Source: Eubacteriales bacterium (lineage in GTDB: Bacteria > Bacillota > Clostridia > Oscillospirales > RGIG5299). From it: 32,591 bases of DNA. This document shows, piece after piece, positions 19,422-28,341 of this stretch (positions within the stretch are counted from its first letter, which is position 1; each line of letters opens with the position of its first letter). The stretch covers positions 1-32,591 of the forward strand of contig JAZRNU010000039.1 of assembly GCA_045648325.1 (NCBI GenBank), written 5' to 3'. The position numbers and the translations under genes were made by a program. The notes beneath the pieces are model-generated. The model searched no databases, was not told the DNA's origin, and saw only the letters and a list, made by a program, of their open reading frames with translations.

Positions 19422-19450
19422 AAAGGCACCGAAAATTCGGTGCCTTTTTT
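19422..19450. terminator. Bidirectional intrinsic terminator between ClC and SGNH genes
   Basis: AAAGGCACCGAA/TTCGGTGCCTTT stem, A-rich on the left and T-tract on the right, between convergent genes. Confidence 0.9.
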
Positions 19451-19465
19451 GTTTTTGAAATACAA

Positions 19466-20653
19466 TTACGGTTTTAAAATCGTTTGCAAAACAGTTTGGG
19501 CGTACCAGCGGGCGAGGTAGTCGTTACAATGGTTTATGTTGTTGCCCGTCATATCGCAAAAGCGTTTTTTGGTGAGAAGATGCTCGTGTATCTCGGTCAT
19601 ATTCGCCATTACGGTGCCCTCTTCCTCAAGCTGCTTTATTGCCTTGTAATATTCGCTTTGAGCGCCCACAAAGGGAGTAGCCTCGTAATTCGGAAGCATA
19701 GGGGCTATAATCACGAACTCACAATCGGGGTTTTTATCCTTGATAAGCTTGCGTAGTATCTTCATACTCGATTTATACTGTGTGACGTTTTGTCCCGCCG
19801 TGTTCATTCCCCACGCCAAAACGACTAGGTCGGGTGAGTGAGCGTTTACGCTTTCTTCAACGTTTTCAATTCCCCAGGGGAGCGTCATTCCGCCGACCGA
19901 AGTATTTATATAGTTTATTTTTGCCTTGGGATAAAGCTTTTTCAGTGCCTCATCAACGAGCTTGGGATAAACGGGCACATTAGGTGCGACGTTATACATT
20001 CCCGAGGCATCGCCGCCGACGGTTATCGAATCGCCGTACCAAACCATAGCGACCTCTTCACCGCTCTTTAGCTTTTTCCAGAATTTCGAGAGCTTATCGC
20101 CCTTATTTGCGGGAACGGGTCCGTCGTATTCGTCACCGTGAATATAAGTTACGACGTACTGACGGTTATGCGCGTCGGGCGCATAGAAAAGCCTTATATA
20201 TCCGCCCTTTGAGCAGGCGAAGGTGTGGTTTTCAATAAATTCCTTCGGATAATAATAGTCGTAATCAACAAGCTCTATTGACGAGCCCTCGGGAATGACG
20301 AGCTTGCCGTCCTCCAAAATATAGTCTTTACCCTCCTCGAAGCTCTTTGTAAGGGTGGCATTCTGAACGGAGATTATCTTTTCCGCCTTATACATAAGAG
20401 GAATGGGATCTATAGTGCCGTCCTCATTTGCAAGGGGCATTATCGATTCGTGGTATTCGATCTTGCCCTCGAAAAGCGAATCGAGAACGTATTTATCAAA
20501 ATCGTATTCTGTGCAATATCTTTCATTTGGTTTTAACGAGTTCATAATTTTCACCGCCAAGTCGCTGTCACCGTCTTCCCTTTTATAGCCGCCGCACGAG
20601 GTAAGTGACAGGAGCAATAAAACGGTTGCAATAATAAATGATAGCTTTTTCAT
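19466..20653 (-). CDS. SGNH/GDSL hydrolase family lipoprotein
   Basis: Signal peptide with lipobox LTS-C20. Block I YGDSIT, block II SVGG, block III AWGMN, block V NINH. Confidence 0.85.
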   Translation of the reverse strand: MKKLSFIIATVLLLLSLTSCGGYKREDGDSDLAVKIMNSLKPNERYCTEYDFDKYVLDSLFEGKIEYHESIMPLANEDGTIDPIPLMYKAEKIISVQNATLTKSFEEGKDYILEDGKLVIPEGSSIELVDYDYYYPKEFIENHTFACSKGGYIRLFYAPDAHNRQYVVTYIHGDEYDGPVPANKGDKLSKFWKKLKSGEEVAMVWYGDSITVGGDASGMYNVAPNVPVYPKLVDEALKKLYPKAKINYINTSVGGMTLPWGIENVEESVNAHSPDLVVLAWGMNTAGQNVTQYKSSMKILRKLIKDKNPDCEFVIIAPMLPNYEATPFVGAQSEYYKAIKQLEEEGTVMANMTEIHEHLLTKKRFCDMTGNNINHCNDYLARWYAQTVLQTILKP

Positions 20654-20689
20654 TTTTGGCTTTTTCCTTTCAATGTATTATATGTAAAT

Positions 20690-20718
20690 ATACTACATCA
20701 AATTTTTTTCGTTGTCAA
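20690..20718 (-). promoter_or_regulatory. sigma-A promoter of the SGNH lipoprotein gene
   Basis: TTGACA (20718-20713), 17-nt spacer, TAGTAT (20695-20690). Confidence 0.7.
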
Positions 20719-20720
20719 TA

Positions 20721-20750
20721 GTATATTTTTTATTTTTCGGGGCAATAATC
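20721..20750 (+). promoter_or_regulatory. sigma-F-type forespore promoter of spoIIR
   Basis: GTATA (20721-20725), 15-nt spacer, GGCAATAAT (20741-20749). Matches the B. subtilis sigF consensus GYATA-N15-GGnnAnAHT, and spoIIR is a known sigF target. Confidence 0.8.
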
Positions 20751-20773
20751 CTCTCAAACGGAGATGATTATTT

Positions 20774-21382
20774 ATGAAAACCTTTAAATGCTTTATTCTT
20801 TTTCTTTCGGTTGCGGCAACGATACTTCTTACAGCGGAAACCGCAAATGCTATGAAGGACGCCAGGCAGCTTTCCTCGGAGGTGTTAAGGCTTCACGTTG
20901 TTGCCGCCTCTGATTCAAGCAATGATCAGGAATTAAAGCTTCTTGTGAGAGATGCCGTGCTTGAAGCAACCGCACCGCTTTTTGAAAAAGCAAAAAATGC
21001 AAGCGAAGCCGCCGAAATTGCCAAAAACAGCTTTTCTCTTATTGAGGAAACTGCAAAAAGAGTTATTCTTGAAAACGGCTACGATTATGACGTGAAAATT
21101 TCGGTAACGGAATCGTATTTCCCCACAAAAAGCTATGAAAACGATATCTCACTTCCCGCAGGGGTCTACAATGCGCTTAAAATCGAAATAGGCGCGGCAG
21201 ACGGACAAAACTGGTGGTGTGTTCTATTCCCGCAGATTTGCCTTTCGACCTCTATATCGGATACTTCGGCAAAAAAGGATTTACTTTCGCCCGCTTCAAA
21301 GGAGCTTGCCGAAAACAAAACAAGTGGCGCAAGAATCAAGTTTAAAATAATTGAAATTATAAACGGATTATTCGGAAGATAA
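20774..21382 (+). CDS. spoIIR: Stage II sporulation protein R
   Basis: Signal peptide, VLRLHVVAASDS..DQELKLLVRDAV, FPTKSY, LPAGVY and GQNWWCVLFP motifs. Confidence 0.96.
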   Translation: MKTFKCFILFLSVAATILLTAETANAMKDARQLSSEVLRLHVVAASDSSNDQELKLLVRDAVLEATAPLFEKAKNASEAAEIAKNSFSLIEETAKRVILENGYDYDVKISVTESYFPTKSYENDISLPAGVYNALKIEIGAADGQNWWCVLFPQICLSTSISDTSAKKDLLSPASKELAENKTSGARIKFKIIEIINGLFGR

Positions 21383-21384
21383 AT

Positions 21385-21419
21385 AAATATCCCCCCGTCT
21401 AACGGGGGGGATATTTTTT
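21385..21419. terminator. Bidirectional terminator between spoIIR and ftsH
   Basis: AAATATCCCCCCGT/ACGGGGGGGATATTT stem plus T-tract, between convergent genes. Confidence 0.88.
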
Positions 21420-21420
21420 A

Positions 21421-23352
21421 TCAGTCTTTCAATACGGGCTTTTCGCTGTCGGAAGCGGTTGCTTCATTGATTTCGGATTCAATTTTGGAATTTTCGGGTA
21501 TTTTGCTTTCCTCTATTTCCTCGTTTATTTCCGAAAGAGTTTCGCCGTTCATGAGGCGTTCAAACTCCTCGCCCGAAAGCTTTTCACACGCAAGAAGTGC
21601 ATTCGAAACTACCGTAAGCTTATCGAAGTTATCCTCAAGGCACTTTTTAGCGATTTCAAAGCATTCCTCAACTATGCGCTTAACCTCGCGGTCAATGGCA
21701 GATGCGGTTTCTTCGGAGAAGTTTCTCTGGGTGGTGAAATCTCTGCCGAGGAATACCTCCTCGTGCTCGGTGCTGTAAACTATGGGGCCAAGTGCATCGG
21801 ACATACCGAATTTGGTTACCATCTTCTTTGCTATTGCGGTTGCACGCTCGAGGTCGTTTGATGCACCGGTTGAAATATCGTCAAGCGCGATCTTTTCTGC
21901 AACTCTGCCGCCGAGAAGTGAGTTGATTTCCTCAATCATCTCGGTACGGCTCATATAGCTCTTATCTTCCTTGGGGAGTGAAAGGGTGTAGCCGCCCGCT
22001 CTGCCGCGGGGAACGATGGATATCTGATGAACGGGGTCGAGCATTGTCATACATCTCGTTACGATTGCATGGCCAGCCTCGTGATATGCGGTGAGCTTAC
22101 GTTCCTTTTCGGATACTACGCGGCTCTTTTTCTCAACGCCAACGCAGACCTTCATTATTGCATCCTCAATATCGCCCATATCGATTTTTTTCTTTTTGCG
22201 GCGTGCCGCGTAAAGTGCTGCCTCGTTGAGGATATTTTCAAGCTCTGCACCTGTAAATCCAACGGTTTCCTTTGCAATGGTTTCAAGGTTTACCTCATCG
22301 GAAAGGGGCTTGCCCTTTGAGTGAACCTTAAGTATTGCCTCTCTGCCCTTTATATCGGGAACGTTTATAACTATCTGACGGTCAAATCGTCCGGGACGTA
22401 AGAGTGCGCTGTCGAGTACGTCGGGGCGGTTGGTTGCCGCAATGATGATAACGCCTTCGTTTACGCCAAAGCCGTCCATCTCTACAAGAAGCTGGTTAAG
22501 AGTCTGCTCTCTTTCGTCGTGACCGCCGCCGAGACCTGCGCCGCGCTGACGTCCAACTGCGTCAATCTCGTCGATAAATACGATACAGGGAGTGTTTTTC
22601 TTTGCCTGCTCAAAAAGATCTCTTACTCGCGATGCACCAACACCGACGTAAAGCTCAACGAAATCGGAGCCCGATATTGAGAAGAAGGGCACCTTCGCCT
22701 CGCCTGCTATTGCCTTTGCAAAAAGAGTCTTGCCGGTACCGGGTGCGCCAACGAGAAGCACGCCTTTGGGAATTCTTGCGCCAAGCTCAACGAAGCGGCG
22801 GGGATTTTTAAGAAATTCGACTATTTCGGAAAGCTCCTCCTTTTCCTCGTCGGCACCTGCAACGTCATTGAAGGTAACTCTCTTTTTATCGTCGGTAATA
22901 AGCTTTGCGCGGGAACGGCCAAACGACATTGCGCCGCCCTTGCCTCCGCCGTTTACCTGATTCATCATAAATATTGCAAAGATTGCAACGCCGCCAATTA
23001 ACAGGATATAGGGAATAAAGCTTACCCACGCGGGCCATACCGTTGCCGCAGTTATTTCAAACTCGGAAACGAGCTTATTATCGAGTGCTTCCTGAATATC
23101 CTCTTTAAAAGCGGTTATGCTGTAAAGATTATAGGTGAGCTTTTTCGTTTCGTCTGATTTCAGGTAATAAGTGAGTTTGCCGTTTGAGGCGTCGATTTCC
23201 GCCTTTAAGACCTCACCGTTCTGAAACTGCTCAACTATCTGCCAGTAGGTAGGCTTTGTTTCGTCCTTGCCCACCCCGAAATAGCTTACAGCCAAAAACG
23301 TTACCCCAAAGGCAACGATTAAGACAATTATTGTTCTTACGTTTTTCTTCAT
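21421..23352 (-). CDS. ftsH: ATP-dependent zinc metalloprotease FtsH
   Basis: Two N-terminal TM helices, [46 protein letters not shown] and GASNDL. Confidence 0.98.
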   Translation of the reverse strand: MKKNVRTIIVLIVAFGVTFLAVSYFGVGKDETKPTYWQIVEQFQNGEVLKAEIDASNGKLTYYLKSDETKKLTYNLYSITAFKEDIQEALDNKLVSEFEITAATVWPAWVSFIPYILLIGGVAIFAIFMMNQVNGGGKGGAMSFGRSRAKLITDDKKRVTFNDVAGADEEKEELSEIVEFLKNPRRFVELGARIPKGVLLVGAPGTGKTLFAKAIAGEAKVPFFSISGSDFVELYVGVGASRVRDLFEQAKKNTPCIVFIDEIDAVGRQRGAGLGGGHDEREQTLNQLLVEMDGFGVNEGVIIIAATNRPDVLDSALLRPGRFDRQIVINVPDIKGREAILKVHSKGKPLSDEVNLETIAKETVGFTGAELENILNEAALYAARRKKKKIDMGDIEDAIMKVCVGVEKKSRVVSEKERKLTAYHEAGHAIVTRCMTMLDPVHQISIVPRGRAGGYTLSLPKEDKSYMSRTEMIEEINSLLGGRVAEKIALDDISTGASNDLERATAIAKKMVTKFGMSDALGPIVYSTEHEEVFLGRDFTTQRNFSEETASAIDREVKRIVEECFEIAKKCLEDNFDKLTVVSNALLACEKLSGEEFERLMNGETLSEINEEIEESKIPENSKIESEINEATASDSEKPVLKD

Positions 23353-23379
23353 TTAATGCTTGCTCCTTAACTTTTCGCC

Positions 23380-23868
23380 TTATACTTCGGGAATTGCTAT
23401 ATAGGGTAATTCCCGCATTTCTTCATTGTAATCAAGTCCGTAGCCGACCACGAACTCCTTGCCGATATAAAAGCCCGCATAGTCGGGAATTATACCGTTT
23501 TTAACGCATTCCTTCTTATATAATAAGCTGCATATCTTAAGGGAAGCGGGTTCCTTTGCAGATATTTCCTTTATCATATTTTCAAGAGTAATGCCGCTGT
23601 CGATTATATCCTCAACAATAAGAATATTGCGGTCTTTAATATAATCGGGAAGACTGTTAATGCCGTTCTTTGCACAAATATACTCGATGGTAAGGGGAGT
23701 TTTTATTTTTCTTACAAGGTCTGCAGTAAATATTATGCTCCCTTTTAAAATACATAATACGAGTAATTCTTTGCCTTTATAATCTTCGGTTATTTCTTTT
23801 CCGAGCTCTGCCACTCTTTTTTGAATTTCTTTTTCTGTAAATAACGTCTTTTTGATTTTAACTTCCAT
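23380..23868 (-). CDS. hpt: Hypoxanthine phosphoribosyltransferase homologue, shortened/divergent
   Basis: ILKGS, IVEDIIDSGIT and FVVGYGLDY motifs in tilS-hpt-ftsH synteny. The flexible SSY loop is absent. Confidence 0.88.
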   Translation of the reverse strand: MEVKIKKTLFTEKEIQKRVAELGKEITEDYKGKELLVLCILKGSIIFTADLVRKIKTPLTIEYICAKNGINSLPDYIKDRNILIVEDIIDSGITLENMIKEISAKEPASLKICSLLYKKECVKNGIIPDYAGFYIGKEFVVGYGLDYNEEMRELPYIAIPEV

Positions 23869-23873
23869 TTTCT

Positions 23874-25148
23874 CTACCTCGCATTGTCAGACTTGCCGAT
23901 TTGTTCTATATAGAATATTTTTTCGCTGTCGGAAATAACTATAAGACCGTTTCTCTGCGAGCATGGAATTTTCTCATCGATAAGCAGCTTTTTTACCAGG
24001 CGGTTTACTCCGTTTAATCTGATACGGTCACCCGTTTTTCTGCTTCGTGCCACAAGCTCGCCGACTATTTTATCACATTTAAAGCTCGTATTTATTAGTG
24101 AATTGTTAAATGTTACGGTATTTTCTTTTAAATCAACGGAAATTCGCGCATTTTTCACCGTGTTTTCACCGTCGGTGAGAATTACGGCAAACCCGTCTTC
24201 TTCTTTATTCTTTTTACCTATTACAAGCTTGCCGTAGGATATTCTTGCCTCAAAGCCGTTTTTAAGCTCGGCACTTTTTGAGGTTTTGCCGTTTGCAATA
24301 AGCTTTCTTACCCTTGATATCATATCGTAATCGGGATAAAAGCCGCATTTTTCAAATATTTCCTCCGAAATAACTCTGTAAGACACCGAAGGCGGCATTT
24401 CGTTTAAAAATTCAACGTCGTCGGTTTTGACAAGCGCCGCTTCCTCCGAGAGATATTCCTCGTCCTCTCTTAACGCCGACGCCGTTCTTTTGGCAGCGGT
24501 GTAAAAGGAAGGATTTATCTCTTTTATTAAAGGTATTATATTATGTCTTATTTTATTTCTGGTATAATCATCTGTAAGGTTTGTGCAATCAACCATAAAC
24601 GGAATGCCGTTTTCGAAAAGCTCATTTTCGATTTCAGCCTTGGGAATGTCGATAAGCGGTCTTATAAATTTTTCTCTTACTGCCGCTATTCCCATAAGAC
24701 CTTTCGCGCCGGCACCTCTTATGAGATTGAAAACGAGGGTTTCGGCAAAATCGTCGGCATTGTGTCCGAGGGCTACCCTATTGATTTTATCTTCCTTTGA
24801 AAGCTGCTCAAAATAACCGTAACGGATATTTCGCGCCGCTTCCTCGGTGCCCTCGCCCGTTTGCTCGCATCTTGCCTTTACGTTTGCGGAAAGCACGAAA
24901 AGCGGAACGCCAAGCTTGTCACAAAGGCTTTTGCAAAATTCCTCGTCGCGCTTTGCCTCGTCTTTTCTTAAATTGTGATTTATGTGTGCCGCAAAGATAG
25001 TGAGCGAAAGCTCATCTTTGAGCGACGTTAAAAAATGAAGCAGATAAACGGAATCGGGGCCGCCTGAAAGAGCAACGAGAACTCGGTCACCCTTTTTAAG
25101 CATTTCATGCTCAAAAACCGTTTTAAGCGCTTTTTTAAAACTCTTCAT
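23874..25148 (-). CDS. tilS: tRNA(Ile)-lysidine synthetase
   Basis: VALSGGPDS, HINHNLR, EEAARNIRY, GHNADD, IRPL and YTRNKIRH motifs. Confidence 0.96.
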   Translation of the reverse strand: MKSFKKALKTVFEHEMLKKGDRVLVALSGGPDSVYLLHFLTSLKDELSLTIFAAHINHNLRKDEAKRDEEFCKSLCDKLGVPLFVLSANVKARCEQTGEGTEEAARNIRYGYFEQLSKEDKINRVALGHNADDFAETLVFNLIRGAGAKGLMGIAAVREKFIRPLIDIPKAEIENELFENGIPFMVDCTNLTDDYTRNKIRHNIIPLIKEINPSFYTAAKRTASALREDEEYLSEEAALVKTDDVEFLNEMPPSVSYRVISEEIFEKCGFYPDYDMISRVRKLIANGKTSKSAELKNGFEARISYGKLVIGKKNKEEDGFAVILTDGENTVKNARISVDLKENTVTFNNSLINTSFKCDKIVGELVARSRKTGDRIRLNGVNRLVKKLLIDEKIPCSQRNGLIVISDSEKIFYIEQIGKSDNAR

Positions 25149-26469
25149 GTTGAGTATCTATTGCGGAAAATCTTGTAAATTCCTTTACAAACTGAAGCTT
25201 TACCTCGCCCGTCATACCGTGACGGTTTTTGGAAACCGAGCAGGTTACGACGTTGGGATTTACGGGATTTCCCTCACTGTCCTTTTCATAATAGAGGAAC
25301 AATACCATATCGGCATCCTGCTCGATTGAACCCGAATCACGAAGATCGGAAAGCATGGGCTTGCCGCTTCTCTTTTCGGATTCACGGTTAAGCTGTGAAA
25401 GCACGAGTATCGGAACGCCGAGGTCCTTTGCCATAATTTTGAGGTTTCGGGTAAAGGTTGAGATTTCAAGAACTCGGTTATCGGTCATTCTTGACGAGCC
25501 GAGAAGCTGAAGGTAGTCGATTACCACGAAGCCGAGATTGCTTATTCTGCGAAGCTTTGATTTCATTTCGCTTATCGTTATACCGCTTTTATCGTCAAAA
25601 TACATTGGCGAATCGTGAAGCTGGCCTGCTGCATCGGCAAGCTTTGCCCACTCCTTTTGAGTGAGGTTGCCGGTGCGGAACTTTTTACTGTCAATAAGCG
25701 CCTCGCTTGCCATAATTCTCTGTGCAAGTTGGGAGTTGGGCATTTCAAGAGAGAACAAAACGCATTTTTTGCGGCTCTTCTGAGCAATATTTCTCATAAG
25801 GTTAAGCGCAAAGCTCGTTTTACCGATACCGGGACGCGCCGCAAGTACTATAAGGTCGCCCTTACCAAAGCCGTCTACTATCTTGTCAAGATCGGAATAT
25901 CCCGTCTGCAAGCCAAGAAGCTCGGTTTTATCCTCCATTGCAGCAATGTTTCCGATTGAGGTCATTTCCTCGCTGATAATTCTTGAAAGCTTTGCAAGCT
26001 CACCCGTTTTTTTCTTTTCGCTTATATCATATATCTTCTGCTCCGCGAGGTCGACGATGCTGTCTGCCGAATCATTTTCAAGATAGCACATTGAGGTTAT
26101 GGCTTCGCATTCCTCAATAAGCTTGCGAAGCATATATTTGCTTTTGACTATCTCGCAGTATCTTTCGATATTCTGTGCAGAGGGAACGCTTTTTGCAAGA
26201 TTGAAGATATACTCCTTGCCCGTTGCTTCATCGTAATTACCCTCCTCCTTCAAGGTGTCAATGAGGGTAACGGGATCAATACCGCCGCGCGAATAATCGA
26301 ATATTTTCTGCATTGCCTCGAATATCTCGCGGTGAGCGGGCACAAAGAAGCATTCCGCAGTTAAGGTGTTAAACACCTGCGGAAGGCACTCGTCGCTAAT
26401 TAACATACTGCCAAGCACCGATTGCTCGGCTTCGACAGACGATGGCATTTTTCTGGAAAAATCGTCCAT
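25135..26469 (-). CDS. dnaB: Replicative DNA helicase (DnaB; DnaC in Bacillus nomenclature)
   Basis: AEQSVLGS, AARPGIGKT, FSLEM, IDYLQL, SQLNR, DLRDSGSIEQDAD and KNRHG motifs. Confidence 0.98.
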   Translation of the reverse strand: MDDFSRKMPSSVEAEQSVLGSMLISDECLPQVFNTLTAECFFVPAHREIFEAMQKIFDYSRGGIDPVTLIDTLKEEGNYDEATGKEYIFNLAKSVPSAQNIERYCEIVKSKYMLRKLIEECEAITSMCYLENDSADSIVDLAEQKIYDISEKKKTGELAKLSRIISEEMTSIGNIAAMEDKTELLGLQTGYSDLDKIVDGFGKGDLIVLAARPGIGKTSFALNLMRNIAQKSRKKCVLFSLEMPNSQLAQRIMASEALIDSKKFRTGNLTQKEWAKLADAAGQLHDSPMYFDDKSGITISEMKSKLRRISNLGFVVIDYLQLLGSSRMTDNRVLEISTFTRNLKIMAKDLGVPILVLSQLNRESEKRSGKPMLSDLRDSGSIEQDADMVLFLYYEKDSEGNPVNPNVVTCSVSKNRHGMTGEVKLQFVKEFTRFSAIDTQHEEF

Positions 26470-26496
26470 TTTTCTTTCTCCTTTGAAGAGAGTTTA

Positions 26497-26946
26497 TCAG
26501 TTTTCTTTCTGTGTTCTTACCTTGAGAGTTGCCACTGCCTCGGGGTGAAGCTTTACCGATACCTCGGTAATTCCGAATGATCTGATGGGATCGTCAAGCA
26601 TTATCTTTTTCTTGTCTATTTCAAGCTTGGTCTGCTTTTTTACAGCCTCGGCAATTTCCTTTGAGGTAACCGAGCCGAAAAGTCTGTCGCCCGCGCCTGC
26701 CTTGGCGGTAATTACAACGGTAACGGTGTCAAGCTTTGCTTTGAGTTCAAGAGCCGCTGCCTTTTCCTCTGCCTTTTTGTGGTCAACCGATGCTATTTTG
26801 CTGCTTCTTTCAGCCATATTTGAGGTATTTGCCTCTACTGCAAGACCCTTTGGGAAAAGGAAATTTCTCGCATATCCGTCGGATACGTTTACAACGTCGC
26901 CCTTTTTGCCCTGTGCCTTTACGTCGGCAGTTAAAATTACTTTCAT
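26497..26946 (-). CDS. rplI: 50S ribosomal protein L9
   Basis: [27 protein letters not shown] and RLFGSVT motifs. Confidence 0.98.
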   Translation of the reverse strand: MKVILTADVKAQGKKGDVVNVSDGYARNFLFPKGLAVEANTSNMAERSSKIASVDHKKAEEKAAALELKAKLDTVTVVITAKAGAGDRLFGSVTSKEIAEAVKKQTKLEIDKKKIMLDDPIRSFGITEVSVKLHPEAVATLKVRTQKEN

Positions 26947-28187
26947 TCCTTATTCTCCTTATCTTCTGTTGTTTCGCCGTTTTCTTCCTCGTTTGGAAGA
27001 TTTTTGTATTCATCGCGCTCATACCACGGTATATCCTGATTATGAGCATCTTCTTTATCGCGCTCACGTCTTTGAAGCTCGCCGCGCTCTGCCTTTTCCT
27101 TCATCTTCTCAAGTATTTCGGCAGTGCTGTCTTTTTCCGGGTCAAAGCCGTACTGCTTCATCATTTTGAGAAATTTGTTTCTCGTTTGAACTACACCCTC
27201 AAAGATACCTACCATTGCAATAAGCTCAAGTCCCGAAATAAGCACCGCAATAGCACAAATTACCGTGTAAACGATATGCTTCGTTACCGTTTTGGTTTTT
27301 CTTATATTCATCATAAACGAAATAAAGCCAAATCCCGAAACAGCAAAATATGCAATTCCCACCGTTACGAAATTTTCAAGCGTTATTCCGAAGGCATCGT
27401 TTTTGACAAACATCGAGGCAATATACGCCACTGCCATTATTACCGAAAGAAGTCTGTCTGCCTTTACCGAGGAAAGCCTGCCGATTTTGGCAACGTCTGC
27501 CCTGTATGCGGCGTTTTTGATATAAAGCGCCGACGGTGCCGCTACCACAAAGCCGAGCGTTACGGCAAGAGAGGGAAACATCGGTATATAATATTCAACA
27601 ATAAGCGTTTTTAACGTTTCGTAAGCCGTTCTGTATTCCTCTATAAGGTTTTCGTTTCCCGTTTCCTTAAGAAGCTCGATAAAGCTGTTCATATTTGCTT
27701 CAAAGGAATTTATGAGCCACGAAAAGGCAATTTTTGCACCTTCAAGCGAAAGAGAGCCGCCGCGCGCATAAACGTATAAGAACGTTACCGTGCAAAGTGC
27801 TGCCGCTGTTGCAAATGCGGTTATTGTTATAATATACTGAAATTTGAGTGCCTTGCGGAAGGTGATTGCAAACGACAATGCGGGAACCATGCACATAAGC
27901 TCAAGAAGCAGTGCATAATAAAAATCTCCGCCCGAAAGAAGGGTGCCCGCAAAAAAGTAAGCGGTTACCGTTCCCAAAAAGGCAATCGGCAGATATGCTT
28001 TTTTTGAATTTATGAAAACAACCGATGCCGCCGCACCCGAAAAAGGTGCGAGAAACGGAAATGCGGGCGATAAAAATGCCAATACAAATGATAAAATTGC
28101 CGCCGACACCATTGTTTTTTTCTGCTTATTAAGAGAAATTTTGTCCAACTCCCAACTGTATATCTTCTCATTATAATATTTTAGCAT
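26943..28187 (-). CDS. Polytopic membrane protein, YybS/DUF2232-like, with charged C-terminal tail (true start probably downstream of 28187)
   Basis: Many hydrophobic segments, a central amphipathic loop, LIAMVGIFE near the C-terminus, and position upstream of rplI-dnaB. Family assignment rests on topology and synteny. Confidence 0.65.
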   Translation of the reverse strand: MLKYYNEKIYSWELDKISLNKQKKTMVSAAILSFVLAFLSPAFPFLAPFSGAAASVVFINSKKAYLPIAFLGTVTAYFFAGTLLSGGDFYYALLLELMCMVPALSFAITFRKALKFQYIITITAFATAAALCTVTFLYVYARGGSLSLEGAKIAFSWLINSFEANMNSFIELLKETGNENLIEEYRTAYETLKTLIVEYYIPMFPSLAVTLGFVVAAPSALYIKNAAYRADVAKIGRLSSVKADRLLSVIMAVAYIASMFVKNDAFGITLENFVTVGIAYFAVSGFGFISFMMNIRKTKTVTKHIVYTVICAIAVLISGLELIAMVGIFEGVVQTRNKFLKMMKQYGFDPEKDSTAEILEKMKEKAERGELQRRERDKEDAHNQDIPWYERDEYKNLPNEEENGETTEDKENKE

Positions 28188-28206
28188 ATTTATATTATAA
28201 TTTCAA
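28178..28206 (-). promoter_or_regulatory. sigma-A promoter of the yybS-like-rplI-dnaB-tilS-hpt-ftsH operon
   Basis: TTGAAA (28206-28201), 17-nt spacer, extended TG-c-TAAAAT (28183-28178). It overlaps the ORF-track ATG. Confidence 0.6.
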
Positions 28207-28341
28207 ATCTTTTTTTGCATTTTTCACGCTATTAAAATAAAAATTCTGTTAACACGGTGTAAAATTAACGAATTTTTGATTTATACGTGCCTTTTTTGGT
28301 GTATAATTATTTCAACATTTTATTTTGGAGGCGTTTTCTCC

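Noticed and set aside
17784-21404. Shared TCTAACG in the loops of two hairpins (17784-17790 and 21398-21404)
   Set aside because: Only 7 nt and two instances with unrelated stems. Compatible with chance or a stable-loop preference.
26790-27614. 274-aa + strand ORF and the other antisense or alternate-frame ORFs in the track
   Set aside because: They are shadows of well-supported genes (rplI/yybS-like, infB, ftsH etc.), with no recognisable motifs.
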